Shown one piece after another: positions 1-14,013 of a stretch of 64,000 nt of DNA. A model generated the notes under the pieces. It did not search any database, was not told where the DNA came from, and was given only the letters and a program-made list of their open reading frames with translations. The number at the start of each line of letters is the position of its first letter. Within the stretch, counting starts at the first letter, position 1. A program made the position numbers and the translations under genes. Origin of the DNA: Octopus vulgaris (Eukaryota); the NCBI GenBank assembly GCA_951406725.2, contig OX597814.1, forward strand, positions 196,292,001 through 196,356,000, written 5' to 3'.

Positions 1-111
1 ACATACATACATACACACATACGTACATACATACACACACTCATATATATACTTATACATTCATACATACATACCTACATACCTACATACATACATATAT
101 ATCTACACACG

Positions 112-142
<31 letters not shown>

Positions 143-1069
143 GTATACATGTATGCATGTATGTATATGTAACTGAAGATAAGCATTAAATTATATGTAA
201 AAAAAATATATTGACCATAAGGGAAAGGACGTTTTCTGTTTAATATCCTTTCAGTTTCGGTTAGCATTAAAAAAACCGCCAAAACAAATGAACAATTACC
301 GAGTTCAATCTGACAGCATCGATTTAGAAGAAAAATACTCGTATATAACACTGAATTGACACGATTGTTGCCTGTCTAGTATTTTAATTGCCTTCTGTTG
401 GATAGCAAAATCACCTTATTGGATACATTATTCATTATCACGACATATTGAATATCAACGCAATCAAGATCTTTGAAGGGGTCTTCAACATGGGAGCTCA
501 TCCATCATCTTCAGATGGATGCTGCGTTACCAGCTACAAAAGCATTCTTAGAAAATCCTCCACGTCAACGAAGGTAGTACAAGAGGCATTCTAATGTGTA
601 GATACTACATACAAAATGCCAATCGCTCCTGAATGCATGATATAATAATAGATAAAATTAAATCCAACCTCTTTGTTGCGCAATTAATTTTCAGACCTTA
701 AATATAGTCTTTATTCTCCCATCTCTAGCTATTCAAACTCATTATGTCACATTAAAACTAATAACACTGCAAAAAAAAAAACAAAAAAAATTCGCAAAAG
801 CAAAGAACAACAAATATTAAGAATTCTAAAAAAAAAAATTAATTGGTGAATATATTATTCGTGGCAATTCTTGTTTTCTCGCATAAACTATAATGAGTGT
901 GAATACACTATAATGAGAAAGAATACACTATTTTATTGTGAAAGGACAGACAGACAGACACACACACACACAAACACGCACGCGCGCGCACATAGCACCA
1001 TGAGCAAGAATGGAGAAAATCACATCATTATGATTACATAATTCATTACCTACACTATTTATTCTTGTA

Positions 1070-1518
1070 TGTATGTCATTATCCAGTTTATTTTAAAATG
1101 TCTTGCCAATAGAGAAAGAACCGGTTTCTAACCTAGATCCAAGGCTCCTTCATTGGAATTTCAATATCAACAACAAGGTATTTTCGTTTGTATGTATGTG
1201 CAGATTGGTATGTTTTAGGTATGTATTCTCATTCATATAGTTACATATCTAGATATGCTCATATATATTTAAATGATAAACTTCTGGAAAGTTTTACAGA
1301 TTTGTACAGTTCCGGTGATGGATTGGATCTGTAGTATTCGAATTAGCTTTCTCCTTTCTAGTCTTGAGAAGCCCAATTTCTCAAGATTGGTATTTAAGCA
1401 GTGTGTTTACACACCCAAGTGCCCCAATAATTACAGGTATAAACCTGAACTTGTAATCTGGATAGAGTATCTGCAGATTTCTTAATAGTTCAGCATAGCT
1501 GTTCCATTTTCCATTGAT
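1070..1518 (-). mobile_element. 3' fragment of an RLE-type (R4/Dong-like) non-LTR retrotransposon in a (CATA)n array
   Basis: Minus strand reads NGKWNSYAELLRNLQILYPDYKFRFIPVIIGALG, then after a frameshift LEKLGFSRLERRKLIRILQIQSITGTVQICKTF, typical of a restriction-like endonuclease C-terminus. The 3' UTR recurs at about 43742-43858, again between TATG repeats. Confidence 0.75.
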
Positions 1519-1760
1519 ATGTATATATGCCTGTATGTATGTACGTACGTATGTATGTATGTATGTATGTATGTAAGTATGTATGTATGTATGTATATTT
1601 TTATGTATGTATATATGCATGTATGTATGCATCTATGTATGTATGTATGTATGTATGAATGGATGGATGGAAGAATGGATGGATGAATGTATGCATGTAT
1701 GTATGTTTGTGTGCATTTATGTACTGACGTACGTACGTATGTATATATATATATATATAT

Positions 1761-1935
1761 TATTTAAAAGCAGCAGGAATATAACAAAAACTGTTACTCG
1801 GAGTTTCACGGGGACGTGGAACTCTGAGTAACAGCTTCTGTTATATTTCTGCTGCTTTTGAATAAAGCATATTACTCTACCTCTTGTATTTGAGAACTAT
1901 TTTTCGCCCTTGCTTCACATTTATGTGCTTACTCC

Positions 1936-1937
<2 letters not shown>
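1761..1937. mobile_element. Hairpin (inverted repeat plus tail) PLE-like non-autonomous element in (TA)n
   Basis: About 50-bp arms at 1761-1810 and 1815-1864; the left arm reads GAAACTCCGAGTA on the minus strand. Tail 1875-1937 matches 39200-39262. Confidence 0.6.
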
Positions 1938-1979
<42 letters not shown>

Positions 1980-1981
<2 letters not shown>

Positions 1982-2240
1982 GGTTAAGTAATTGAGATTC
2001 TAGTGAATTCTAAAGAATTCACATGAATATGGTCCTTAACTAGGATGCACCGGAAATCTATATGGTGTTAACCATACGACAAGTGGGGTGATTACAAATA
2101 GGAAAAAAGCAACAAGAATGGATTAAAATCTCGGTACGATCGTTTCGTACGAGGACATCTTTTTGTAGCTTATTAAAGATGTCCTCGTACGAAACGATCG
2201 TACCGAGATTTTAATCCATTCTTGTTGCTTTTTTCCTATT

Positions 2241-2241
<1 letters not shown>
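1980..2241. mobile_element. Leader plus perfect 67-bp inverted repeat element in (TA)n (collapsed PLE-like element)
   Basis: Arms 2096-2162 and 2175-2241 are exact reverse complements and contain GAAACGATCGTA. Leader and arm are homologous to 63390-63526. Confidence 0.7.
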
Positions 2242-2328
<87 letters not shown>

Positions 2329-2354
2329 CGTGTGTGTGTACGTATGTACATACA

Positions 2355-2385
<31 letters not shown>

Positions 2386-2751
2386 GCATTGTGTATGCAC
2401 GTATGTGTATGAGTGTCTAAGTACGTACGTACATACAGTCACACATACATATGCAGTCACTACTACGTTTCTCGAAAGCTCTAAAACATGCTATCATCCA
2501 TTTAGAATTAAATGTCAGATAACACTAACTAAATTGACAATTGTTAAGTTCAAATGGATTGTTATGATGATGAGATGCAAAATATACGTATCCTGTTTCC
2601 CAACTCTAAAAACGAACGTTCTGTCAATAAACTCTCTACATTTGATTCAGAACCCCGTTGATTTGTCTGCAACAGAATATTAATTATGACGAAGTGAATT
2701 AGGATGCATGTTAATTATGAATAAAATCGAGGCAAGAAATGAATACTTCAA

Positions 2752-2810
2752 GGTTGTAAACAATATAATATGCTTGTAAACAATATAATATGGTTGTAAA
2801 CAAGTATAAC
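2752..2810. repeat. About 20-bp tandem repeat x3 (ttgtaaacaatataatatg)
   Basis: Three adjacent near-identical units visible directly. Confidence 0.7.
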
Positions 2811-3180
2811 ATTTACAACACCTTTCCTTTGACAATAATAGCCATCTCGATTTAAACCGTTTAATTGGAAGTTACAGTAACTTAAATGGATTAATATATG
2901 TAGTCTCTTGTATTACTGGTTCATTCATTGCTGCTCCGGGATAACACTCTACGCTCAGCTGTGTAGTATGTTACGCTTATCATTGATGTATCTATGATAA
3001 CAGAAATTGGCGATCAATCGAAGATTATGCTTGTACCGCAAAAACGCCCTGCAGTAACTATTCGAAATGCTCAGCTCCCAGAATGCACTGGCTATCACGT
3101 GTCTTTACGTCACCGTTCTTTGCATCTGTGCATTTTTTAAATATATGTTTACGTACTTGTAGCTATCGGGATGGTAGCAG

Positions 3181-3766
3181 GCAGAAACGTTAGCACGCCG
3201 GGCGAAATGTTTTGCGGTATTTCGTCTGCCGCTGCGTTCTGAGTTCAAATTCCGCCGAGGTCGACTTTGCCGTTCATCCTTTCGGGTTCGATAAATTAAG
3301 TACCAGATACGCACTGGGGTCGATGTAATCAACTTAATCTGTTTGTCTATCCTTGTTTGTCCCCTCTGTATTTAGCCCCTTGTGGGTAGTAAAGAAATAG
3401 GTATTTCGTTTGCCGCTACGTTCTGGGTTCAAATTCAGCCGAGGTCGACTTTGCCTTTCATCCTTTTGGGGTCGATTAAATAAGTACCAGTCACGCAGTG
3501 GGTCGATGTAATCGACTTAATCCGTTTGTCTGTCCTTGTTTGTCCCCTTTGTATTTAGTCCCTTGTGGGTAGTAAAGAAATAGGTATTTCGTTTGCCGCT
3601 ACGTTCTGGGTTCAAATTCAGCCAAGGTCGACTTTGCCTTTCATCCTTTTGGGATCAATTAAATAAGTACCAGTTACGTAGTGGGTCGATGTAATCGACT
3701 TAACGCCTTTGTCTGTCCTTGTTTGTCCCCTCTATGTTTAGCCCCTTGTGGGCAATAAAGAAATAA
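3181..3766 (+). mobile_element. tRNA-derived SINE family A, trimeric copy with 13-bp TSD
   Basis: A-box-like GGCAGAAACGTTAGC, B-box GAGTTCAAATTCC, conserved GCCTTTCATCCTTTCGGGGTCGAT domain, three ~188-bp units. TSD gggatggtagcag at 3168-3180 and 3767-3779. Confidence 0.9.
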
Positions 3767-3869
3767 GGGATGGTAGCAGAGAACGGAACGAGGAAATATC
3801 CAAAATCCTCGGATCCTAACAAACGACGCTGACGAGAAAATATTCTCTACAAGAAAAGGCTTTGAGATG

Positions 3870-3887
3870 TGTGTGTGTGTGTATGTA

Positions 3888-3958
<71 letters not shown>

Positions 3959-4112
3959 CTTTGTGTATGTTTGTGACTCGTTCTGCCACTGCTCGACAAT
4001 CGGCAAAAGGATTAACGGAATAAGTATCTGGGGTCGATGATTTGTTTGACTAAAACCTTTCATGTCGGTAGCTCCAGCATGGCCGTAGTGCAATTACATG
4101 AAACAAATGAAA
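3870..4112 (+). mobile_element. Degenerate 3' half of SINE family B
   Basis: (TG)n followed by ggggtcgat...gctccagcatggccgtagt...gaaacaa, matching the tail of 61041-61442. Confidence 0.6.
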
Positions 4113-4549
4113 GACCATCACTCGTAAACATCCGCTAACTACTTTCATATCAATGAGAGAAAAACAAACAACAACAACAACAACAACAACACAGAAACAT
4201 GATATCTATGGATGATTGATGAGTGTTCTACAAACCAGAATAGACTTTCTACTCTACATCAATTATTGTTGAAATGGCAGGATATGTGTCCATTTGAATC
4301 AAAGAATTGTTAAACACGGATTCCTGGAAAAAAGGAATTTGGCTTTATAATTCATATACTGCGGAATATCACGACGCGAGTGGCAATACAAATCTGCAAA
4401 GCTTACAGATTTCTAAACTAACAATATGAACTATACTGGAATACAAGATAACATGACGGATTTTGAGTATGAATATTATGGTTTTTAATACCGTAAGTTC
4501 TTTCATACGGGTATATCTTTATGATGAGTTTGGATATTAATTTCCTTAT

Positions 4550-4653
<104 letters not shown>

Positions 4654-4669
4654 TAATAATAATAATAAA

Positions 4670-4882
4670 AAAATATTCAGACAAATACATAACAAAAACA
4701 CCAGGACTTACAAACACATATAACATACAGAAAATTGCACTACTAGGCACTGCACACATCCTACGCAGAACACTTTCCATACAATAACCATCAGAGCATC
4801 ACAACAAATCACAGCACATACCCAAGGCACACAGAGCTGCGCTCGGTAGTGAAGTGAAAGCACGCTATAAAAAATAAAACTA

Positions 4883-4887
<5 letters not shown>
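4670..4887 (+). mobile_element. 3' end of an R4/Dong-like LINE in (TAA)n
   Basis: Encodes ...IQKIALLGTAHILRRTLSIQ*, the typical R4/Dong C-terminus. Short 3' UTR; flanked by (TAA)n, the established Dong target. Confidence 0.85.
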
Positions 4888-4928
<41 letters not shown>

Positions 4929-5472
4929 TACCAGGCAGTGGCTCTCATGGCTTCTGATCTTAACTGATTAGAAGTGTTATCATGTACATTGTTTTGTATT
5001 GGTATAAAAGATGGGCTACAGCAAATATTCTGCTCAATACCACAGATTTTCTTGTCAGTTGTTTGACCTTAACCAGTTGAGCATGTCCCTTAGTGGCTGA
5101 CGATATGTGCATCTCTGATCACGAGCAGAAGTAGTGGGGGAGCATCATAGCCATGTGTTGAGAGGGATTCTTAGGGGTTTGAATAATTCACCTCTGGAAA
5201 CATGGGTGTTTCGTTCAACGTCCTTAAACAACCCTTATTCAGGGACCTTTTGAGCGGGATGAGTTACTCGATCTGAAGAAAATTCTAACTGGGCCCCACC
5301 TGCAAGGTCATGTGCTGTTTATCTCGATATGAGATCACCATGTCGCGCACATATGGTTGTGATGCATGTGCCTGGTGTGCCTTTATCAGACGGGTAGTCA
5401 TGATGGGTATACTGGGCTTCGTATATTTTACCCCAGTGTCACTTTGATGGCATGCACTGCTCTCTCACTCAA
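4929..5472 (+). mobile_element. ~540-bp non-coding repeat ending in (AAT)n, probably a Dong-type 3' UTR or non-autonomous derivative
   Basis: Near-identical copies at 22245-22700 (+) and 16575-16875 (-, internally duplicated). Flanked by (TAA)n. Confidence 0.75.
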
Positions 5473-5799
5473 TAATAATAATAATAATAATAATGATAAT
5501 AATAATATATTATTAAAAAATATATGTAAGTTTACAATTATGTAATGCTTGAATGTTTGGACGATGTATGTTGAAAACCTGTACTTATAATGTATGCATT
5601 TATATTATAATATCCTTTCTTTACAACCCTTTCTCTCCAGTCAGAAAGAGGAGATATAATCAATGCATAAGAACTACAAACTTAACGTGAACAAACACAT
5701 GCTTGGTGCGGAGAAAGAGTTCAACGAATTTTCTTTCGCCAGCTTCTTCAATGTTTAATGCCGCAGATATCAGTCTTAAGTACCAGGTTATTCTTCCAC

Positions 5800-6258
<459 letters not shown>

Positions 6259-6389
6259 CCTGATCATATTTATTGATGTCACTTTTCTTCACGACTGTAA
6301 CTATACGATTAGTTACGCTAAAGCCATTAAAATGGCACGAATAAAAGCAACAAACCAAAACATACGAACGCTCGGCATTATACACTTTT

Positions 6390-6773
<384 letters not shown>

Positions 6774-7232
6774 GAACTTACCCCAGAGCCAACGTATTGT
6801 ATTGATTGATTACTGCAGCGAGCAAGACTTATTGAAAGCAGGTGACGCTTGTTTATTCCAATTTGATCCCTCTAAGTGTGAATCGTCCTTAAATATGAGA
6901 AACAAATATATTCCAGTAAATAGAACACACATACCTACAGCAATCTTTACAGCTTGAGCGACGTCACATTAAAGTCAGACAGACACTGTGTCACCTCTTA
7001 CCGTCAGTGACCATAGTAGGAACCACGGTAATTGCTTTACCATGAACTGGGAGTGCCAAAAAATAAATGAAGACATGAAAAGTATTCTTAATGAAAAGAT
7101 AATTGGTTTCCAAAGATGAGTCGAAAAAAACAGATCGTATCTAACGGTGGTTGATAAAACCTTTATTGATCGGGATAGAGGCAGTCTAATATTTCTTCAT
7201 TCTAGTACACACGCGTTTATATTTCTTTCCGT

Positions 7233-7592
7233 GGAGGCGCAATGGCCCAGTGGTTAGGGCAGCGGACTCGCGGTCGTAGGATCGCGGTTTCGATTCCCAG
7301 ACCGGGCGTTGTGAGTGTTTATTGCGCGAAAACACCTAAAGCTCCACAAGGCTCCGGCAGGGATGGTGGTGATCCCTGCTGTACTCTTTCACCACAACTT
7401 TCTCTCACTCTTACTTCATGTTTCTGTTGTACCTGTATTTCAATGGGCCGGCCTTGTCACTCTCTGTGTCACACTGAATATCTCCAAAAACTGCATTAAG
7501 GGTACACGTGTCTGTGGAGTGCTCAGCCACTTACACGTTAATTTCACGAGCAGGCTGTTCCGTTGATTCGGATCAACCGGAACCCTCGTCGT
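7233..7592 (+). mobile_element. tRNA-derived SINE family C with Deu/Nin-like body
   Basis: A box TGGCCCAGTGG, B box GGTTTCGATTCCC. Head shared with 54874; body contains gtggagtgctcagccacttacacgttaa. The domain name is from memory. Confidence 0.75.
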
Positions 7593-7737
7593 TCCATTCC
7601 ATAATCACTGAACAAATATACATCGGCAAAATGATAACAAAAAATACCAAATTGGATCAGAAAAATTAAAGAACTGTCACAATGCACGTAGCGTTAAGGT
7701 GACAAAGAAACAGGTACAATTTCAATGTTAATAATAA

Positions 7738-8236
7738 CGGTTTTAAAATTTGGTTCAAGGCCGGCGAGTTTGAGGGAGGAAGGTAAGTCGATAACATCGA
7801 CGTCAGTGCTCAGCTGGTACGACGAGCTGGCAGAAACGTTAGCACGCCGGGCGAAATGCGTAGCCGTATTTCGTCTGCCGTTACGTGCTGAGTTGAAATT
7901 CCGCCGAGGTCGACTTTGCCTTTCATCCTCTCGGGGTCGATTAAATAAGTATCAGTTACGGCGAATTTGAACTCAGAACATAGCGGCAGACGAAATACCT
8001 ATTTTTTTACAACCCACAAGGGGCTAAACACAGGGAGGGGGGACAAACAAGGACAGACAAATGGATTAAGTCGATTACATCGACCCCAGTGCGTAATTGG
8101 TACTTATTTAATCAACCCCAAAAGGATGAAAGGCAAAGTCGGCCTCGGCGGAATTTGAACTCAGAACGTAGCGGCAGACGAAATACCGCTTAGCATTTCG
8201 GCCGGCGTGCTAACGTTTCTGCCATCTCACCGCCTT
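7738..8236. mobile_element. Cluster of SINE family A copies in opposite orientations
   Basis: Plus copy about 7821-7960, minus dimeric copy about 7960-8236, and a related minus fragment at 7738-7820. Confidence 0.85.
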
Positions 8237-9324
8237 GATTGAAATGTTAATGATATGAGAGAACGTATTTTGAAATAGAAAAAGGAGCATCCCTTCTTAA
8301 TATACATATATTACAATCAAATTAGTCACAATTAATCATCAATCTCCAGTTGCATAAGAAGCTGGCAATAGATAGAGCTGACAATCATTGTTGAAAGATA
8401 TGGATTTACTGGCGAGAAATGATTGGAATGAGGATAAGGAGTTTAACGAGGATTCAATTCCGCAGGAAAGAATTATACTTTGTGCATTACGCCAAAATCA
8501 TAAAGTACCATTCGCGATATCTTGGAGATTGAGAGAAAATATTAGGGTAAGTACCTACCAAGAAAAGAAGTGATTGTTTGCGAATGTTGTACAAAACTGA
8601 ATCCTTCTGGGGAATATTTAACTAACACATTCTCACAATTTCTCACTCGAAATTGAAACATAACAATCTGATGATAATTGGTAGAAAAATATCTAGTACC
8701 AAAGAATAAGGTCATTCACAAACCAAGGACATGTGGTAAATTGCATGTTATAATCTAATATACAAAATATATTCCACCAACATAACAGTAATAGGAACTA
8801 TATTATCAGATGAATATTCGGATGGAACCAGGGGAGTGTGAGCATATGTTAGCAACATCTAATTGACAAGAAACTTGTAGCCAGAAGGTTGATATCCTGA
8901 GTGGAATTTGGTTTAGTCTCGATAGATTTGAATAAACCATTCAATTTGATAAATGTTCTTTCACACACTGAAGTCCCATAATTCATAATTACAGCTGTAA
9001 TCAACCTGGCGCCCTCGTGGTACACTATCGTAAAAGTAAACACATGGGGTAATTGCATTGTCACTGATATGATAACGTATGCAGGCGTCAGTTCTCCTGC
9101 GATGATGTCTATACTTGCAGGGAATACTAGAGCCTTTTCCTGGGGGAATTTGAATGTTTACGTGAGTGATTCACAGAAATACACAAAGGCCAACATAACA
9201 CAAATTCTAGTAAAATATCTGGATGTATAGGACCTAAATATTTACAATAAATTCAGAAAGAATTCATCGCCAGCTATGCCTGCCCCTTACCCAAGAATAG
9301 ACTGTCTGTAAAGTGGAGTAATCT

Positions 9325-9440
9325 CCAGGGATACAGGCATCCAGCAACAGGACCTCCGTAATGCCATGATGGACCGTGAAGTCTGGCGTAGCATGGTAAA
9401 TTCCATTGTCTCGACCACGGTCGAACAATGATGATGATGA
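9325..9440 (+). mobile_element. 3' end of an RTE-like LINE
   Basis: Reads ISRDTGIQQQDLRNAMMDREVWRSMVNSI (A..DR..W motif) and ends in a (TGA)n tail. Confidence 0.7.
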
Positions 9441-9796
9441 AAGTGGAGTTGCCGTTTGTGTAAAGATGGTATGGGAATGATGTGAGTACTGTAAAAAGGG
9501 TGTTGTGGGGATCCACTTTTAAACCATTTGTGGGTATGTGTATGTATATACACGTGTGTGTGTGTGTGTGTGTGTGTGTGCACGTCTGGACGTGCCTCTG
9601 TGTGAGCGCGTTTCTGTATAATATGTTAGTTGTGCTAAAATCTCAGACTAGAGTCTTAGGAAGTATTGATACTGGAAGGTCTAATGTTTACAATCATCAT
9701 GCATTCCTCCGGGATTTTAACAACAGGTTTATTTTCCTGTCGTGTGGACATGAGTTGAAAATTTCCTTTCTGAAGTTTAGGTAGGTGTCAGTGCAT

Positions 9797-10073
9797 AGGA
9801 GGAGACGGGGACTGAGGAAGAGGGAGGCAGATGGAGGCAGAGAGAGGGAGACAGAATGAGAGGGAGGGAGACAGAATGAAAGGGAGGGAGACAGAGAAAG
9901 AGGGAGTCAGACAGAGAGGGAGGGAGGGGGAGGAAGACAGAAGAGATAGGGAGGGAGAGAGAAAGGAGAGAGAAGGGAGAGAGAAGGAGAGAGTGAAGGA
10001 GAGAGTGAAGGAGAGAAATGGAGGGAGATGGAGGGAGAGAGATAGAGGGAGAGAGATGGAGGGAGAAAGAGAA
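9797..10073 (+). repeat. Polypurine (GA-rich) low-complexity tract
   Basis: Almost only G and A on the plus strand. Confidence 0.9.
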
Positions 10074-10138
10074 GTCTCTGGCATAGTTCTCCCTGCCAAA
10101 CATGACCTCTAGCTCCTACTAATATTGACGTTTATCAT

Positions 10139-10190
<52 letters not shown>

Positions 10191-10871
10191 ATGATAAACG
10201 TCAATACTGATAGGACACAGATATTGTGTATATAGCCAGCTGGAGGAGGTATCTTTCTGGGGCTACAAACTACAATAGCATCCACCCTTAGGGGTTAGCC
10301 ATATTCAAATGGCAAATATGCGTCACGATATATATATATATATATATATATACTTGCTTGGGCATAATAAGTATATATTTTAGTGTGTGCGTGTGTGTGT
10401 GAGTGTATGTGAGTAAACGACATTTGCAGCTCTGTGGCTGTAGTTTACTCATACGAATACAGTAAATATAAATCTATATTATGACTGGTTATTAGAACCA
10501 TGCTCTATCATTTGAATTGCAGTAGATTAGTTGATCATTGTATTATCTGTGCGTATTACTGGAGTTTGTTCACTCTGACTCCTGAAGTCTATTTCCTTGG
10601 TAACGTATTCCTGTTGATATTCCTAGATGCCTGCAGTGACTTTCCAAAATACCCGCTGTCGCAATGCACTTATATAAAAAGCATTGCTTTGTATTTTGAA
10701 AGATGAACGGAAAGAAATGGTTAATAACCCGGAGGGTTCTGCAGAGATATATATCGTAGTTGTGTTTGGACGATGTAAGCTGCTGAATAACACATGTACG
10801 CCTGAATATAAGGAAACCATCGTCAATGAAAAAGAGATACGCGTACACATGCACGCACACGTAACATCACA

Positions 10872-10921
<50 letters not shown>

Positions 10922-11801
10922 GACACACGTGTTTGTACACAGACATCAATAATGTTTGAAGCACATAACATTTACATTTATAAACACAAGTATATATGTA
11001 TATATATATATATCCATTCTGTGTGTGTGTATATAAATATATATTTGTGTGTGTATACATGCATATATATATATATATATATGTGTCTGTAACCAAATCT
11101 TGTTTTCTTTTACTTCACTCACATATATACATATATACATTTACGTATATTTCTATATATTTATATATAAGTATATTTATGTATGTATGTATGTATGTAT
11201 GTATGTATGTATATGTATGTATATATGTTTGTATGTATGTGTGTTTGCATATATTTATGCATGTGTGTCATGCATGGATATATACATACACTTATATTTT
11301 AAAGTATAGGTTTTACGCTCACAAAAATAAACACATAGACACGCATACACACGCAAACACACATACACACACACAAACATTCTCAATTCTATTTATTCAT
11401 ACATGTTGATATAGAGTTTCCATGAAATACAAACAAACATAATCGATCAAATATACCATTCTAATTACTGTATTATATTGGACTGAATCTATACCAATAT
11501 ACTTTTATATGTTCGTATTTTGTATGAACACAGACATGTCACTATGTGTGCACAACATCTATACCACGATATATATATGGGGGGGGGGGGTCATCTTTGT
11601 TCGCTTAGTATTTGGATTTATTTTTTCATTTGGTTGAATCTTGGTTGTTTTTATTTGTTTGTTCAAGCGTTTTGACAGAAAAAAGTCATTCTAAAATTGT
11701 CTTTTAACGTAAGTGTACCCAAACAAGTCGAATGCTTACACAGAGCAGGTTTTACAGCCACATCGTCCAAACCGACCAGGTGAAACCAGGCTTAGCTGCT
11801 A

Positions 11802-11852
<51 letters not shown>

Positions 11853-11879
11853 GTGTATGTACGTAGATATGTGTATATT

Positions 11880-12530
11880 TATTTATTATCACCTGGCAGT
11901 GGGAGCTAGAGGCTTCATTGAAAAGAAAATGACAACGCTTTTCAAAAGAAGATTTGTTTTTTCTAGCCCCGAGCTGTGTAAACTAATAAGGAGAGTACAG
12001 GAGGCAGTCGAAAAAGCCAGCTTCTATATATGACTGAAGCGGGAAGACCGAAAATGGCTTGAAAGTCATAAACACGCCGACGGGAAATAACATCATTAGG
12101 TGAGACAAGCTGTCTGAATCAGCTTCGCTGACTGACAGGTGGCAGTCGTTTAGAAAAAGCGCGGGCTAAAACTATGCACCTTCACTAGTCAGTTAAGGTG
12201 AGACAGTGTCACTTGACAACTTGCTGGGGCTGCTTGCTGGAGCCTATGCGGCAGGTATTTAAAGGGAGAAATTTGATAAGACAGTCAGTCACCGGCTGAC
12301 ACTCGCTGACGATACATTGAAGAGGCCAGGGAGCAGAAGAAAGGAGAAGAAAGAAGACATGCACCCAACACCAGAGCTGAAGACACCTCCGAAGGGGGGG
12401 GGCACGTCAAAACAGTAGAGGGGTAGGGGCCGAAACCGGACGTGGTTCCTCCTGATGATGTTTTGAGCTAACTGGATCCTATAAAGGAGCTGTTGTGGTT
12501 GCAGACCACGAAACACGGTTGTAATTCCTC
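11880..12530 (+). mobile_element. 3' fragment of a HERO-like RLE LINE with GC-richer 3' region
   Basis: YHLAVGARGFIEK...RRVQEAVEKASFYI*LKRED..W resembles the HERO-type C-terminus (VG.RGF...AEKAS.WIW.KR). Confidence 0.55.
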
Positions 12531-12550
12531 TATATTTGTGTATACATACG

Positions 12551-12590
<40 letters not shown>

Positions 12591-12909
12591 TGGAAAGACT
12601 CACACATGTAGGGACAAACAAACTCACATTTGTGTTCAGAAATACGTGCTATATCTACATTTAAATTACGGTAAACATACATGTACTGACGTTCAAATAT
12701 AGTTATATGTGCATTAATCCACCGCATATTTCAATAAAGCGTTCAGTTCCATTGAAATTAGGCTTCAACTAAATCCACTATAGATAGGACTTATCTTAGG
12801 GAAAGGCTATAAACCGAGTACTTTGTTTTTGATGTTACAATACACAAGTTTTATTAGAACTAGCAAGTCGCATATTACTTTCAGACCCAACACGATGTTC
12901 TCTCACCAA

Positions 12910-13325
12910 GGCGGTGATCTGGCAGAAACGTTCAAATTCCGCCGAGGTCGACTTCGCCTTTCATCCTTTCGGGGTCGATTAAATAAGAACCAGTTACGCA
13001 CCAGTGCGTAAGATTTAGGCATTTCGTCTGGTGCTATGTTCTAAGTTCAAATTCCGCCGAGGTCGACTTGGCCTTTCATCTTTAGAAGGCGGCGAGCTGG
13101 TAGAAACGTTAGCAAGCCGGGCGAAATGCATAGCGGTATTTCGCCTGCCGCTACGTTCTGAGTTCAAATTCCGCCGAGGTCGACTTTACCTTTCATCCTT
13201 TCGGCGTCGATTAAATAAGTACCAGTTATTCACTGGGGTCGATATAATCGACTTAATCCTTTTGTTTGTCCTTGTTTGTTCACTCTATGTTAACCCCCCC
13301 ACCACTGTGGGCAATAAAGAAATAA
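12910..13325 (+). mobile_element. SINE family A, three partial or complete tandem copies
   Basis: Repeated gttcaaattccgccgaggtcgac; the last copy ends gggcaataaagaaata. Confidence 0.9.
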
Positions 13326-14013
13326 ATATAGGTATATCAAAGCTAATACTGTTAGTTGTCTTATATGTTTGTTACTTTTACTTTCGTACGCTAACAAGTT
13401 ACTTGAAATTCCGTTGAGCCGTTTATACTTTTGCATATTTATATATTCTTTTCCTCATTTGTCAGAGAAAAAGATTGTTAGAAAATTATTGTAACTATAA
13501 GTAAAAAAAAATATTAAACTCTGTTAAATAAAGACATTCATCACACAAATGACATGAAATATTTTTATGATAGAATATTTACAATTTCCATCACATATAT
13601 TTATAGACATAACTATATAATTATCGTGTTGATTTTAAATGTTATTGAGTAGAGGATTTAAACATAAGAACTAAGATAAAACAACCAGTTGAAATGCTTC
13701 ATTTATATAATAAATAATTAATACTCGTTTTAAAATCAATTACGGGGAGGTTTTTTTTAACTAAATGTTTAGATTGTTGAGAAATAATTCTACTTCTGAA
13801 TATGTAACTGGAATAATGCAATTCTCCTTTGCGTGCGGTTTGAAATCTTTCAAATGAAATCAGCTATTTAACGAGAGAAGCGCATAAGGTGATTAATTGT
13901 GTCCAAAAATATAACATGACTACGTAATTATAAGAGCTGCATTGTGCGGGAAACATTACGAATACGAAGTGAGGCATGATACATAATACGTTCAATAATA
14001 ACTATATACAGTT

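Noticed and set aside
3181-3766. CRISPR-like regular repeats
   Set aside because: Units are whole tandem SINE segments with no unique spacers, in a eukaryotic context.
7233-7306. tRNA gene-like sequences (also 54874 and 61041)
   Set aside because: They continue into SINE bodies, have imperfect cloverleaves and are multicopy.
8330-9200. Coding-like unique stretch
   Set aside because: Many stops and no motif I can recognise; perhaps an old TE, would need tBLASTx.
10570-10860. FFIDDGFLIF resembling a PLE RT active-site motif
   Set aside because: A single short motif without convincing flanking RT motifs.
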